Numbered from the stretch's first letter, positions 47,361 through 57,161 are shown. The stretch is 64,000 bases of DNA from Bacteroidota bacterium (GCA_025963485.1 JAOQAO010000194.1:27890-91889), one strand, 5' to 3'. Program-made: numbers and translations. Notes: generated from the letters alone by a model not told the origin.

Positions 47361-50300
47361 TTATTTCATCGGTGCTGGTAGTGCCACGGATGCCGGATAT
47401 TTCTTTTGCTGCTCCAGTGATTCTTTGGCAGGATCACCTTTCACGGCAAATTTTTTGGCCTGTTGTTCCTGTATCACTTTGGCAGCGGCGCGTTCTTTGT
47501 CTTCTCTTTCTTTCTCACGCTGAGGAGCTGCATCCCACCATCCTTTGGCTTTGGTGCGGACATCGTCGGACACATGGACACGGCTCATCACTTCTGATGG
47601 GATAGCTTCTTTCTTTTCTGCCATATTGTTTTTGACCTTCGCCATAGCTATGTAGTCAAAAGAAACAGCCTGCAATGAAGAAGAAACTACTTTGAATCCT
47701 TTGGATGTTTTCTCCGTGATAGCGAGTGTAGTGCCTGGTGTATTTGAGGTGACAGTCACTGATGGTATTTCATTGCCGAGCTTAGCTGAGAAGTCAGAGC
47801 CGAATGATACAAACATCTCTGCACCGCTCATCTGCTTGCTGCCAAAATCCTGCACAGTCATGGTCTCATCATTGAGGCCGATGCTTTGCTTGATCTGTTT
47901 GATTTCATCGCGGTTTGCCTTGCCTGCTGCTACGCCGAGAGTAGCTACTGCATATATATCTACTCCGTCAAATGACTGCGACTTGATATAGTCTGGCGAT
48001 TCGTCGAGTATGAGGCCCATGTGCAGTCCCGGACGGTATTTGGCTTCGTAGCCTGGTTTCCATTCATCAGTTTCTTCTTTGTAGCGATACATGTATGGAT
48101 GCAGTTTGTCGAGGTCGCTCATGACGAGGTCACTGAGGCTGCCACTGACTGCATTGATGTCTTTTTTCTTATCACGCGCAGAAGCGTTATTGAATGAGTA
48201 TCCCCATATCTGCCACCATCCCAGGCCGCTCTGTCCCAGCAGTCCCCAGGCTGCGGTGGATGATGAGACAGGTTTGTCTGATGGGCCGGTACCATTCTGG
48301 TCGTACATCGAAAACAGGGTGTTGTATGTCGTGCTATTAGATACTATCTTCAATCCGGTACTGCCTCTGTATGTCACCGGGCCATCATTGTAGTCAAAGA
48401 AACCGCCATCATCCGATATCATCACACCGCCGCCGTTTGTGTTTGCATTATTGGCGTAGATGGTAGCATTAGTACCATATGCTGTGCTGGCTGTGCCCTG
48501 TATGATCATACCGCCCGATGCGAATATCTGCCTGTCATTATAGGTCCTCAGGTAGGACGCATCCTGCATCCACCAGCCTCCGGCATAGGTACCATTGTAC
48601 CAACCTGTAGCGCCATAGCTGCGGTGCCAGCCACCACCGTTGTCGATGACCTGATTGCCGTTCGCATCCTGGAAGCCCGCTCCCCGGATCACGCCGGAGG
48701 CATTGATAGTACCACCGCCGAGACCGCCTATGCCTCCCGATGCGAAACCACCGTCGGTCCGCAAAAAGTACGGTGTATAGGTCCCATTGCTATAGCTGTT
48801 TTGTTGATTGATACGGAGCCATGCATCGGTACCATCCACGACATATTTGCCGGCGACCTGCAGGTATGAACTACCCGCATTGACTACTCCGCTGGAGCCG
48901 GTTAGCGTCAGGGTGCCTCCGTCATTATTTACGCCGCCACGTGCTATTATAGTGCTCTGTGCGTAGACGGTGCCCTGGCTGAAGTATGAATATCCTACAG
49001 GTGCGAAGACGATATTGGTACCATCATCCGTGGTCTGGCTATTGCCGAGTGAGTTAGCTCCGGTGAATTTCGGTATCCTGTTGGTCGAGCCGGATATAGC
49101 ACCGGAGAGATCGCCGGGCTGTATCGCAGATGATACGAAGTTGGTACCGTTGCCGCGGAGGTACTGGCCTGATGGTGCCGCACCGTTTACTCTGTATCCT
49201 ATGGCGCTGTTGATCGCATTATTCATGGTCAGGTAGCCGGTGGCGTCTACAGATCCGATCACGCCCGTCGCGCCATTGCCAAAATTGATGCCGCCTGTAC
49301 CTTTGTAGAAATTGAGGTACATCGCAGTGCCCGGTCCTACGCTTGATGCGTCAAGGTGAAGGTTGCCATTGGTAGTGACTACGCTGGCGTTGTTGTCTAC
49401 GTTGCCATTGCCACCTACGCGGAGATACGACGACCAGGTGGAGTTAGGTCCGTAGAGGGAGTATTTATCCTGAAAGAGCTGAAGCCCTGCAGCCGGAGTA
49501 GTAGTGCCTATACCAACGTTGCCATTATAAGTCCCGCCGAGGCCAACGTACATAGTAGTGGTGGCGCCGGCATTGGACTGGATGTAAAATCCGTTGGTCG
49601 TGGCGCTGCTAACGATAGAGCGGTATGCGCCATTGGTACCATCCTGATAGTAACCGCCGTTGATACCTGTGCCCAGGATAGCGCTGCCGCCTGCGGTGAT
49701 GGTGCCACCTGCATTGACATTGCCACTGACACCTACGCCGCCTGTGACCACTGCTGTACCTGTCGTAGTGGATGTCGATGCGATATTGTCAGTCATGAGG
49801 ATACCTGCGGCGGGCTTTGTAGTGCTTGACGTTGATTTGAGTGTCAGCGTGCCGCTGGCTGCAGTAGAGCCTTGCACAGTGGGTGCAGTGACCGATGTAC
49901 CTGCGGTAAAAGTCGTACCTACGGTACCGGTATTGCTGACATTGAAATCTGATGATGGCTGCTGCGTGGTCCTGTTCTGCACATAGTTGCCGCTGCCTGA
50001 GGCAGGGGATGCTGTGGCGACCCATGCACCGCTGCTGTAGATAAACTCTACCGCTGCGCCACTGGGTATACTGGTCGATCCATATGTCGCGCTGAAGCCG
50101 CCGGTGGTATTATTATAGATGACCAGTACCTGTCCCGCATTGGGTGGAGCAGCCGGGGCTGTGAGTGTGATCGTGGCTGTAGCTGCGCCAGTGAGTTGTA
50201 CCTGGCTGACATTGGCTGGTATAGTGGCAGCATTGGATACTACGGCTACTGATGTCTCGCGGTGCGTGATAGCACCACTCACATCGAGCTTCGTGCCGGG

Positions 50301-50384
50301 AGCATTATTTCCGATACCGACGTTTTGAGAATGTAAATAGCTAAAAGAAAACAGGATGGAGGCAAGGGTAATTAATTTCTTCAT
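47361..50384 (-). CDS. Tail-fibre-like secreted protein F3 with an internal S74-type intramolecular chaperone domain
   Basis: 1007 aa. Its N-terminal ~200 aa are near-identical to F1. It contains YLRGNGTNFVSSAIQPGDL, then SARDKKKDINAVSG...LHMGLILDESPDYI...VDIYAVATLGVAA...EIKQIKQSIG (endosialidase-chaperone pattern), followed by about 170 more residues. Confidence 0.85.
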   Translation of the reverse strand: MKKLITLASILFSFSYLHSQNVGIGNNAPGTKLDVSGAITHRETSVAVVSNAATIPANVSQVQLTGAATATITLTAPAAPPNAGQVLVIYNNTTGGFSATYGSTSIPSGAAVEFIYSSGAWVATASPASGSGNYVQNRTTQQPSSDFNVSNTGTVGTTFTAGTSVTAPTVQGSTAASGTLTLKSTSSTTKPAAGILMTDNIASTSTTTGTAVVTGGVGVSGNVNAGGTITAGGSAILGTGINGGYYQDGTNGAYRSIVSSATTNGFYIQSNAGATTTMYVGLGGTYNGNVGIGTTTPAAGLQLFQDKYSLYGPNSTWSSYLRVGGNGNVDNNASVVTTNGNLHLDASSVGPGTAMYLNFYKGTGGINFGNGATGVIGSVDATGYLTMNNAINSAIGYRVNGAAPSGQYLRGNGTNFVSSAIQPGDLSGAISGSTNRIPKFTGANSLGNSQTTDDGTNIVFAPVGYSYFSQGTVYAQSTIIARGGVNNDGGTLTLTGSSGVVNAGSSYLQVAGKYVVDGTDAWLRINQQNSYSNGTYTPYFLRTDGGFASGGIGGLGGGTINASGVIRGAGFQDANGNQVIDNGGGWHRSYGATGWYNGTYAGGWWMQDASYLRTYNDRQIFASGGMIIQGTASTAYGTNATIYANNANTNGGGVMISDDGGFFDYNDGPVTYRGSTGLKIVSNSTTYNTLFSMYDQNGTGPSDKPVSSSTAAWGLLGQSGLGWWQIWGYSFNNASARDKKKDINAVSGSLSDLVMSDLDKLHPYMYRYKEETDEWKPGYEAKYRPGLHMGLILDESPDYIKSQSFDGVDIYAVATLGVAAGKANRDEIKQIKQSIGLNDETMTVQDFGSKQMSGAEMFVSFGSDFSAKLGNEIPSVTVTSNTPGTTLAITEKTSKGFKVVSSSLQAVSFDYIAMAKVKNNMAEKKEAIPSEVMSRVHVSDDVRTKAKGWWDAAPQREKEREDKERAAAKVIQEQQAKKFAVKGDPAKESLEQQKKYPASVALPAPMK

Positions 50385-50543
50385 CGTAGGGGTTTACTTG
50401 GGTGTTAGTCTAAATTAATAACTATTCGCTACAAAGTCAATACCTGCTTTAAAAATATTGCTGGTAATCAATAAAATGATGGCGGGCACAGGCGACTCGT
50501 TGTATAAGATAATACAATTGGCACCGACTCTCCGCTGAGGACA

Positions 50544-50569
50544 GAAAAGGCTGTACACATGTGCAGCCT
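50544..50569 (-). terminator. Terminator-like hairpin of fibre gene F4
   Basis: On the minus strand: AGGCTGCACA-TG-TGTACAGCCT followed by TTTCTGT. Confidence 0.55.
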
Positions 50570-50593
50570 CCTGTATTAATATAAACTCCGTCT

Positions 50594-53116
50594 TTATTTT
50601 TTACTCTGAGTAGCGTCGCTCTGCTGGCCGGGCATAGCCGGGTTATTGCCATAGCCGGCTTTGATTATAGGGAGCACCGGATGTTTTTCGAGCGTAGGTG
50701 CTTTGGGATCGTGTGGCGTTTCTTTTTGTTTTGCCGCAGAGCTTCTGATGAGTTGATTTACTTCTTCTGCTTTTGCGCCAGCATCCGTAGTTTTAAATTC
50801 TGCCTTTTTTCTGAATTCCTCCGGCACGGCATCAAAACGGACCTTGCTGCCATCCCACCACATTGGTTTTGCGCTTTGCTCTGCATTGGCTTCATTAAAC
50901 ATGACACCTTTCAGGTTTTCATCAAACTGTGCCTGCATGATATCGGCAGGAGCGGTCGCCGATGCGGCATCTGCTCTTTTGCCGATGACGATATAGGTGA
51001 ACTCTACATTTGAAGTACCGGCGTTATTCTCTTCGATCACAAATCCCGTGCTGCTCATACTCACTATATGAATACCGTTGCAGTTGCCAATCGGCGATAT
51101 GGTCACTACGGGCCTGCTTGATCTATCCAGCATACCAGCGTAGTTTTCATCGAAAGTGACAGTCGCCTTTCCATTTATCAGATTGCCGACACCTGCCTTG
51201 CTCACCTGTACATCGGGAGAGGTAGATGAGTAAGCTACAGAACGTTTGCCATCGACAGTGACAATATCTGCCTGGTGACCGCTGGTGTATTCATTGCCTT
51301 GATTGTAGCTAGCCATGAGTTCGCCGGCAGATATACTACCTATCACATCACCACGGGTCCAGCTGCCTACGAAGTCTCCATAGCCACCTGCACCTATGCC
51401 TGCAGCACCAGTGGTGGGCAGGTAGCCTGCTCCCGAACCGGCAGAAGTATAATAGAGGCCGTAAATAGAACCGCCGCTATTGACATAACCCAGGGTTCCC
51501 CATGTGACGGATGAATATGCACCATGCGTACCGCCTGAGCGTGCGCTGCTGCCAATGTCATATCCTGTCACACCAAAGGTATAAGCACCGGTAGATGCTG
51601 CCCCTGCACCATACACTGCATTGACAGTGCCCGAACCATAAAAGCTTCCTGCGCCACCCGCCGGCTGATACGCATATAGTTTGTTATTGCCCGGAGTGGT
51701 CGTACTGATACCTGTATTCCCGTTTGCCTGTACGATGAATGCATCTACACTGGCGCCGTTGCCGATCCTAAGTGCCTGACTGGTTCCTGTAGTGCCATTA
51801 TCCCAGTTGAGGATCACTGCATAGCCTGCGCCTGAGTTGAGGTGCAGGTTGGGCGTGAGGCGTACCTCATAGTTTGGCGGGAAGTTGCCGCTCATACCAG
51901 AGATCGGCCCACCGAAATAAGTAGTACCATTGGTACCCCCTGCTATGGTCAGGTCTCCTGCTGCGTCGCTGTGTATACCGCCACGGCATTGATATTGGGC
52001 CTCGGTGTAGACAGTGCCGCTATTGAAGTATGCACCACCCGGGCACACATAGTATGATGAGGATACGATATAAGGATTGGCAGCGTCGAAGCGAAGGTTG
52101 CCTCCTCCGATGGATCCGCCGGTCACTCTGATGTAGGAGTTATTGTAGGTCGCGACCTCGCCCCCTGTGGTAGAGTACCAGCCTGTGGCGTAGGTACCAT
52201 TGTACCATCCTGCCTGCCCATAGCTCCTGTGCCAGCCGCCGCCGGCATCGATCACCTGATTGCCCGTAGAGTAGTCCTGGAAGCCCGCACCACGGATCAA
52301 ACCGGAGGCATGTATGGTACCACCTCCCAGTCCGCCTATGCCGCCTGAGGCAAAACCGCCATCCACGCGCAAGAAGCCCGGAGAATAAATGCCGCTGCCG
52401 AAACTGCCTGAGTTATTTAATCTCAGCCAGCTATCAGTGCCTTGCACTGCATTACTTCCGCCTATATACAGGTATCCATTGGGTAGGTTTACGATAGAGT
52501 TGGATGCGGTCAGTGCGAGTGTACCGCCATCATTGGATACGCCGCCGCGGGCTATGATATTGTTATTGGCATAGACTGTGCCCGTATTGAAGTATGTATA
52601 AACAGATGGATTGAACACGACGTGACCCGAGCCATCATCTGTGATGACACTATTGCCTATGGTATTTGTTCCGGTAAATTTGGGGATCGTATTGGCCGTA
52701 CCGGAAATACCTAGCGAGAGATCTGCAGGCTGTATAGCCGATGATACGAAGTTCGTGCCATTGCCACGCAGATAGTTGCCTGCCACTGCTGCGCCGCTGT
52801 ATTGGAAACCTACTGCAGAGTTGATGACGCCTGTGGCATTGATCGTACCGCCACCGAGAGAGCCCACGCCACCGGATGCGATACCGCCATCAGCTCTGAA
52901 AAATCCGGGCGTATAAACACCATTGGTATATGCGCCGCTCTGATTTAGTCTCAGCCATCCATCTGCCAGATCGGAAAAGGCGAGCCTGCTATTCATGCTC
53001 ATATTGCCATACACATCCAGTTTCTGGGCCGGGGCGTTTGTGCCTATACCGACATTCTGGGCATGTAAAAAGGAAAAGGAAAAGGCGAAGGCAAGAAGGG
53101 TAATTATTTTTTTCAT
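50594..53116 (-). CDS. Tail-fibre-like secreted protein F4 (C-terminal module type B)
   Basis: 840 aa. It starts MKKIITLLAFAFSFSFLHAQ|NVGIGTNAP and has an internally duplicated WLRLN..GGxASGGxGxLGGGTIxAxG module. Its C-terminus aligns with F2 (GNCNGIHIVSMSSTGF...KPMWWDGSKVRFD). Confidence 0.8.
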   Translation of the reverse strand: MKKIITLLAFAFSFSFLHAQNVGIGTNAPAQKLDVYGNMSMNSRLAFSDLADGWLRLNQSGAYTNGVYTPGFFRADGGIASGGVGSLGGGTINATGVINSAVGFQYSGAAVAGNYLRGNGTNFVSSAIQPADLSLGISGTANTIPKFTGTNTIGNSVITDDGSGHVVFNPSVYTYFNTGTVYANNNIIARGGVSNDGGTLALTASNSIVNLPNGYLYIGGSNAVQGTDSWLRLNNSGSFGSGIYSPGFLRVDGGFASGGIGGLGGGTIHASGLIRGAGFQDYSTGNQVIDAGGGWHRSYGQAGWYNGTYATGWYSTTGGEVATYNNSYIRVTGGSIGGGNLRFDAANPYIVSSSYYVCPGGAYFNSGTVYTEAQYQCRGGIHSDAAGDLTIAGGTNGTTYFGGPISGMSGNFPPNYEVRLTPNLHLNSGAGYAVILNWDNGTTGTSQALRIGNGASVDAFIVQANGNTGISTTTPGNNKLYAYQPAGGAGSFYGSGTVNAVYGAGAASTGAYTFGVTGYDIGSSARSGGTHGAYSSVTWGTLGYVNSGGSIYGLYYTSAGSGAGYLPTTGAAGIGAGGYGDFVGSWTRGDVIGSISAGELMASYNQGNEYTSGHQADIVTVDGKRSVAYSSTSPDVQVSKAGVGNLINGKATVTFDENYAGMLDRSSRPVVTISPIGNCNGIHIVSMSSTGFVIEENNAGTSNVEFTYIVIGKRADAASATAPADIMQAQFDENLKGVMFNEANAEQSAKPMWWDGSKVRFDAVPEEFRKKAEFKTTDAGAKAEEVNQLIRSSAAKQKETPHDPKAPTLEKHPVLPIIKAGYGNNPAMPGQQSDATQSKK

Positions 53117-53352
53117 TGGGAATAATGTTTAAAATAACCTGGGGGTTTTAATAAAGTTAAAGCAAGATCAGCACCTCTCTGTATATTTTCAATGATCAAT
53201 TTGATAAAAACAATGAAGGCATTAATACTCTTTATCATTAGGGCTCAAATTGACTCTTACCTCATCGGAAAAAAATGATCGCGCCATGCGTTCATCTTGT
53301 CCGGTTTTTCATCAGTCCGTATAGTCTCCTGTTTTTAGGGCCTGGTTCCTGA

Positions 53353-56300
53353 CTATTTTTTAGGGTACGATATACCCGGCTTCACTTCTTCATCCTTCTT
53401 AGGCGCTGACGGGCCTGTAGATATGACTGTATTTTTGGGTGCTGCGGCCGCTTTGGTTGCTTCTGCCTGATTGTGCTCCATCTGCTGTTTCCAGAATTCC
53501 CTCATAGCGGCTTTCTTGCTTTCATCCACTTTGAGCTGAGATGCCAGGGCAGGGGAGAGGGTTTGATCTTCGGTTTTGGTATCCTGTTTCAGGTCTACTT
53601 TGGCCATCGCGATCCAGTTGAATGCCGCAGCAGGTGCATCGCCACTCCTTACTACTTTGAACCTGTCTGCTTTGGTCTCCGTCACACTCAGCGATACGCC
53701 CGGTATCGTAGAGGTCACGGTCACTACGGGTATGACGGCGCCTTTGTTCTTTGACATAAACTCATCAGACAGCATGACCCATGTCTCTGCGCCGGTGCTC
53801 ACTTCGCTACCGAAATCACTGATCGTCATTTTGTTTTTAGATATGCCGACAGCTTCTTTGAGTTGTTTGATCTCCTCGCGGTTGTATTTCACTCCGGCCA
53901 CTCCGAGTGTAGCCATCGCATAGATATCTATACCGCTGAAGGCCTGGTCCTGCAGGTAGTCCGGTGACTCATCGAGTATGACTCCGAGGTGCATGTTTGG
54001 CCTGTATTTGGCCTCATTGCCACTTTGAAGCTCGTCAGTCTCATCTTTTGTTTTGTAGAAAGACGGTTTGATCTTATCGATGTCATTCATCACGTAGTCA
54101 TACATAGCGGTATTGAGCGGAGTGATATCCCTTTTCATTTTGCGCTGTGACATATTCACGTGACTGGCGGCGTAGGAGTAGTACCAATACTGGCCCGATG
54201 TGCCCAGGTATCCCCAATTGCCCGTGAGCGGCAGGTACTGGTGGCCATCAGCCGTACTGGCGGTCTGCATGATACCATTCAGGTATCCGCTCACGCTGTA
54301 TGAACCTAGGCCATGATACAGCGTAGCGATAGTCGTAGTTCCGATGAAGTTATTGCCCACCGGGTTTTCATTCTGCAGGAATGAGCCCCACCAGTTCACT
54401 TTGCGGCCGCCGCCATCTGTGTTGATACCTACTATATTGAGGCCTACGGCGAAAGGCGCCGTACCCAGCACACCATCATTGGCATCGGTAGAGCCGTTTG
54501 TAAATTTCATAGCATTATTTACTTCCAGTTTCCTGGCAGGACCTGTAGTGCCTATGCCGAGATTGCCCGAGATATAAGCGTTGCCGATCACGTTAAATTT
54601 GTTGCTGCCATAGTTGGATGATACACCGCCGACAGATACTGTACCTGCATCCGGATTGAGCGCGATATTATTGCAGCAGGCGCCTGCATATGTAGTGCGG
54701 CCTGCCCAGCCTCCGCCCCCGATACCTGCGTCGATGTATGACTGGAGGGTGAAGTTGTTGTCCATCGTGATATCTGCTGCCATGACCATGCCGTCGCCGT
54801 TTGCGGCGGTATTGTAGACGTCCAGTTTGCCGTTTGGCGTAGTGGTGCCTATACCTACATTGCCCACCTGGCCAAATATGGTCCTGCCACTTTCCCAAAA
54901 CGCTGCGATCTCCGAAGTGTTATTGTATATCTGCAATGCATAGATACCATCGCTCGCTGTATAGCCTCTGATGTGCATGCCATATCCGCCGCCGTGCGCC
55001 AGGTAGACATCAGAGCCCGGGCTGTTCGCGTTGGCGAAGTGGCTTTGCCAGCCGGCCATCGGTTTGGTGACGCTAAGGGCTTCTGAAGGGGCCGCACCGA
55101 TACCGATACTGCCATAGTGCGTCTCGCTGGCCAGTGTGCCCCAGCCCATGTCGCGGCCTACGGTGATCGTATTACCAGTATAATACATCGCGCTCGCTAC
55201 GCGTGCACCGGAGTGGTGTATTGCTATTTCTGTAGGGCCGTTGGTCTCCATAAGCAGGCCGGCAGTATTGGCCGTCCATCCGCTGCCACCACCATAGCCG
55301 GCAGTGATGCCTCCGATGGTGAGACTGCCGTTCGCCATATATCCGTTGGGCACGGCAAAGGGGCTGCCATTGTTGATATCGCCTTTTCCATTGATACGAA
55401 ATCCCGCTGACTGGTCAGCGGCGGTCTGATTTTGTATATATCCCGTGCCGCCTGTAGGGAGGTCGCCGGGTTGGATAGCAGATGATACGAAGTTAGTTCC
55501 ATTGCCTCTCATATATTGTCCTGACGGAGCTGCACCACCTACGCGAAATCCTACGCCGCTATTGATCGCATTATTCATACTGAGGTAGCCGGTATTGTCG
55601 ATAGTACCGATCACCGCACCTGCACCATTACCGAAATTGATACCGCCGTTGCCTTTGTAGTAGTTAAGATACATTGCTGTGCCGGGCCCTACGCTGGATG
55701 CATCGAGATGGAGATTGCCGTTAGTCGTGGCTACGCTGGCGAGGTTGTCTATGCTGCCACCATTGCCACCTACGCGCAGGAGTGAAGTCCATGTGGAGTT
55801 AGGACCATAGAGCGTGTATCTATCCTGATATAGCTGCTGCGCTGCTGTGGGCACTGTCGGTGTACCGATGCCCAGATTGCCACTGATGAGCTGTGATCCG
55901 GCTACGGTATCATTGCCTCCCACATAAGCGCCGCCGCTGATGCGGTAGTCACCGGCCTGTATGGCTGTTTTTTGATTTTGGATATATGAGCCACTGCCTG
56001 CAGAGGGAGAGGAGGTAGGTACCCAGGCAGAGTTGCTGTAGACGAACTCCAATGCTGTACCTGCCGGTATCGTGGTACCGCTGTATGTTGCGCCAAATCC
56101 TCCAGTTGTATTATTATATATAATGAGCGCTTGTCCTGCATTGGGCGGTGCTGCGGGCGCAGCGAGCGTGACCGTAGCAGTCGCAGCACCTGTGACGCGC
56201 ACCTGGCTGACATTGGATGGTATCGTCGCTGCGTTGGCAGCTATGGCTACAGATGTTTCGCGGAGCGTGATGGCGCCGCTTACATCCAGTTTAGTGCCGG

Positions 56301-56385
56301 GGCTGTTAGTGCCGATGCCGACATTTTGAGCCTGCAGATATGTGAAAGAGAAAAAAAAGGAAACAAGGGTAACTGCTTTCTTCAT
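53353..56385 (-). CDS. Tail-fibre-like secreted protein F5 with an internal S74-type intramolecular chaperone domain
   Basis: The ATG at 56385 gives MKKAVTLVSFFFSFTYLQAQ|NVGIGTNSPGTKLDVSGAI (N-module A). It also has YMRGNGTNFVSSAIQPGDLP and MSQRKMKRDITPLN...MHLGVILDESPDYL...IDIYAMATLGVAG...EIKQLKEAVG, plus a ~170-aa tail like that of F3. Confidence 0.85.
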   Translation of the reverse strand: MKKAVTLVSFFFSFTYLQAQNVGIGTNSPGTKLDVSGAITLRETSVAIAANAATIPSNVSQVRVTGAATATVTLAAPAAPPNAGQALIIYNNTTGGFGATYSGTTIPAGTALEFVYSNSAWVPTSSPSAGSGSYIQNQKTAIQAGDYRISGGAYVGGNDTVAGSQLISGNLGIGTPTVPTAAQQLYQDRYTLYGPNSTWTSLLRVGGNGGSIDNLASVATTNGNLHLDASSVGPGTAMYLNYYKGNGGINFGNGAGAVIGTIDNTGYLSMNNAINSGVGFRVGGAAPSGQYMRGNGTNFVSSAIQPGDLPTGGTGYIQNQTAADQSAGFRINGKGDINNGSPFAVPNGYMANGSLTIGGITAGYGGGSGWTANTAGLLMETNGPTEIAIHHSGARVASAMYYTGNTITVGRDMGWGTLASETHYGSIGIGAAPSEALSVTKPMAGWQSHFANANSPGSDVYLAHGGGYGMHIRGYTASDGIYALQIYNNTSEIAAFWESGRTIFGQVGNVGIGTTTPNGKLDVYNTAANGDGMVMAADITMDNNFTLQSYIDAGIGGGGWAGRTTYAGACCNNIALNPDAGTVSVGGVSSNYGSNKFNVIGNAYISGNLGIGTTGPARKLEVNNAMKFTNGSTDANDGVLGTAPFAVGLNIVGINTDGGGRKVNWWGSFLQNENPVGNNFIGTTTIATLYHGLGSYSVSGYLNGIMQTASTADGHQYLPLTGNWGYLGTSGQYWYYSYAASHVNMSQRKMKRDITPLNTAMYDYVMNDIDKIKPSFYKTKDETDELQSGNEAKYRPNMHLGVILDESPDYLQDQAFSGIDIYAMATLGVAGVKYNREEIKQLKEAVGISKNKMTISDFGSEVSTGAETWVMLSDEFMSKNKGAVIPVVTVTSTIPGVSLSVTETKADRFKVVRSGDAPAAAFNWIAMAKVDLKQDTKTEDQTLSPALASQLKVDESKKAAMREFWKQQMEHNQAEATKAAAAPKNTVISTGPSAPKKDEEVKPGISYPKK

Positions 56386-56636
56386 GAACAAGGGGTTTGA
56401 TCATTGGGGTAAAATAATTAAAAACAGGGTGGCCCCTGTCCATCAACAATTTACACTCAAAATCTATGCCTTGCCAGACTTTTCGGTAAATTGATTTCTA
56501 AAAAACTGAAAATCAGTAATATAAAAAACAATAAACAGGAATGTGTTAAAGAAAACTGTCTAAAAACAATAAGGTAGAGTCTTCAAAACCAAACATATAA
56601 TAAGCCGTGCGCTTCGCCGTTACATCACAGTATCAC

Positions 56637-57161
56637 ATGAAAAGTAAAATCCATATTTTTCTCATCATCGCCCGCATCATCGTGGCCATCCTATTGGCCC
56701 TCTGGATAGCGGGCTGTATCATATGGCCTTCCTGCCACCTGATCGCTACTGATGGATCGGAAGCCTATTTCAAGATATATCTGCTCTGCTTTTTCGCGCC
56801 TTATATTATGTTAGTGTTTATCCTGCGCATGCCGGATAAATGGTGGCAAGTGATCCTGAAGATCTCGGGTATCATCATTGTATCATTTCTAGTGATGATA
56901 CTCATGATACCGTTCGTGTTCGCAGATATGTGTGTAGAGAGGATCACGACGATACTGTACAGAAATAAGGCAGACAGCCGACAGGTCATTGTGAGAACAG
57001 ACTTTGGGTGCGGAGCTACTGATAGCACGCCATCTACTATTACTACTGCATCAGCGAAACAACTGACGAAGAATATTTTTATGATGGGAGGTAGTATAGA
57101 TACAATGACTATTGATAGGGCAAAATGGGAGCGGGTGGACGAAGACCCGAGGAAATATTAA
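56637..57161 (+). CDS. Hypothetical multi-pass membrane protein
   Basis: The Met at 56637 begins MKSKIHIFLIIARIIVAILLALWIAG. There are three to four hydrophobic helices and no family motif. Confidence 0.45.
   Translation: MKSKIHIFLIIARIIVAILLALWIAGCIIWPSCHLIATDGSEAYFKIYLLCFFAPYIMLVFILRMPDKWWQVILKISGIIIVSFLVMILMIPFVFADMCVERITTILYRNKADSRQVIVRTDFGCGATDSTPSTITTASAKQLTKNIFMMGGSIDTMTIDRAKWERVDEDPRKY

Noticed and set aside
40710-56385. Interpreting the fibre array as a prophage or tailocin remnant
   Set aside because: No capsid, portal, terminase, tape-measure, sheath, baseplate, lysis or integrase genes, and no att-like repeats, are in the 64 kb. All five proteins have Sec signal peptides, which is not typical of phage virion proteins. 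A cluster outside the window cannot be excluded.
40918-56400. Many plus-strand ORFs of 60-305 aa (for example 46152..47069, 49356..49829, 43378..43689) across the fibre genes
   Set aside because: They are Pro/Val/Ala/Thr-rich antisense translations of Gly/Thr/Ala/Asn-rich fibre genes. The minus-strand frames carry long uninterrupted ORFs with conserved motifs.
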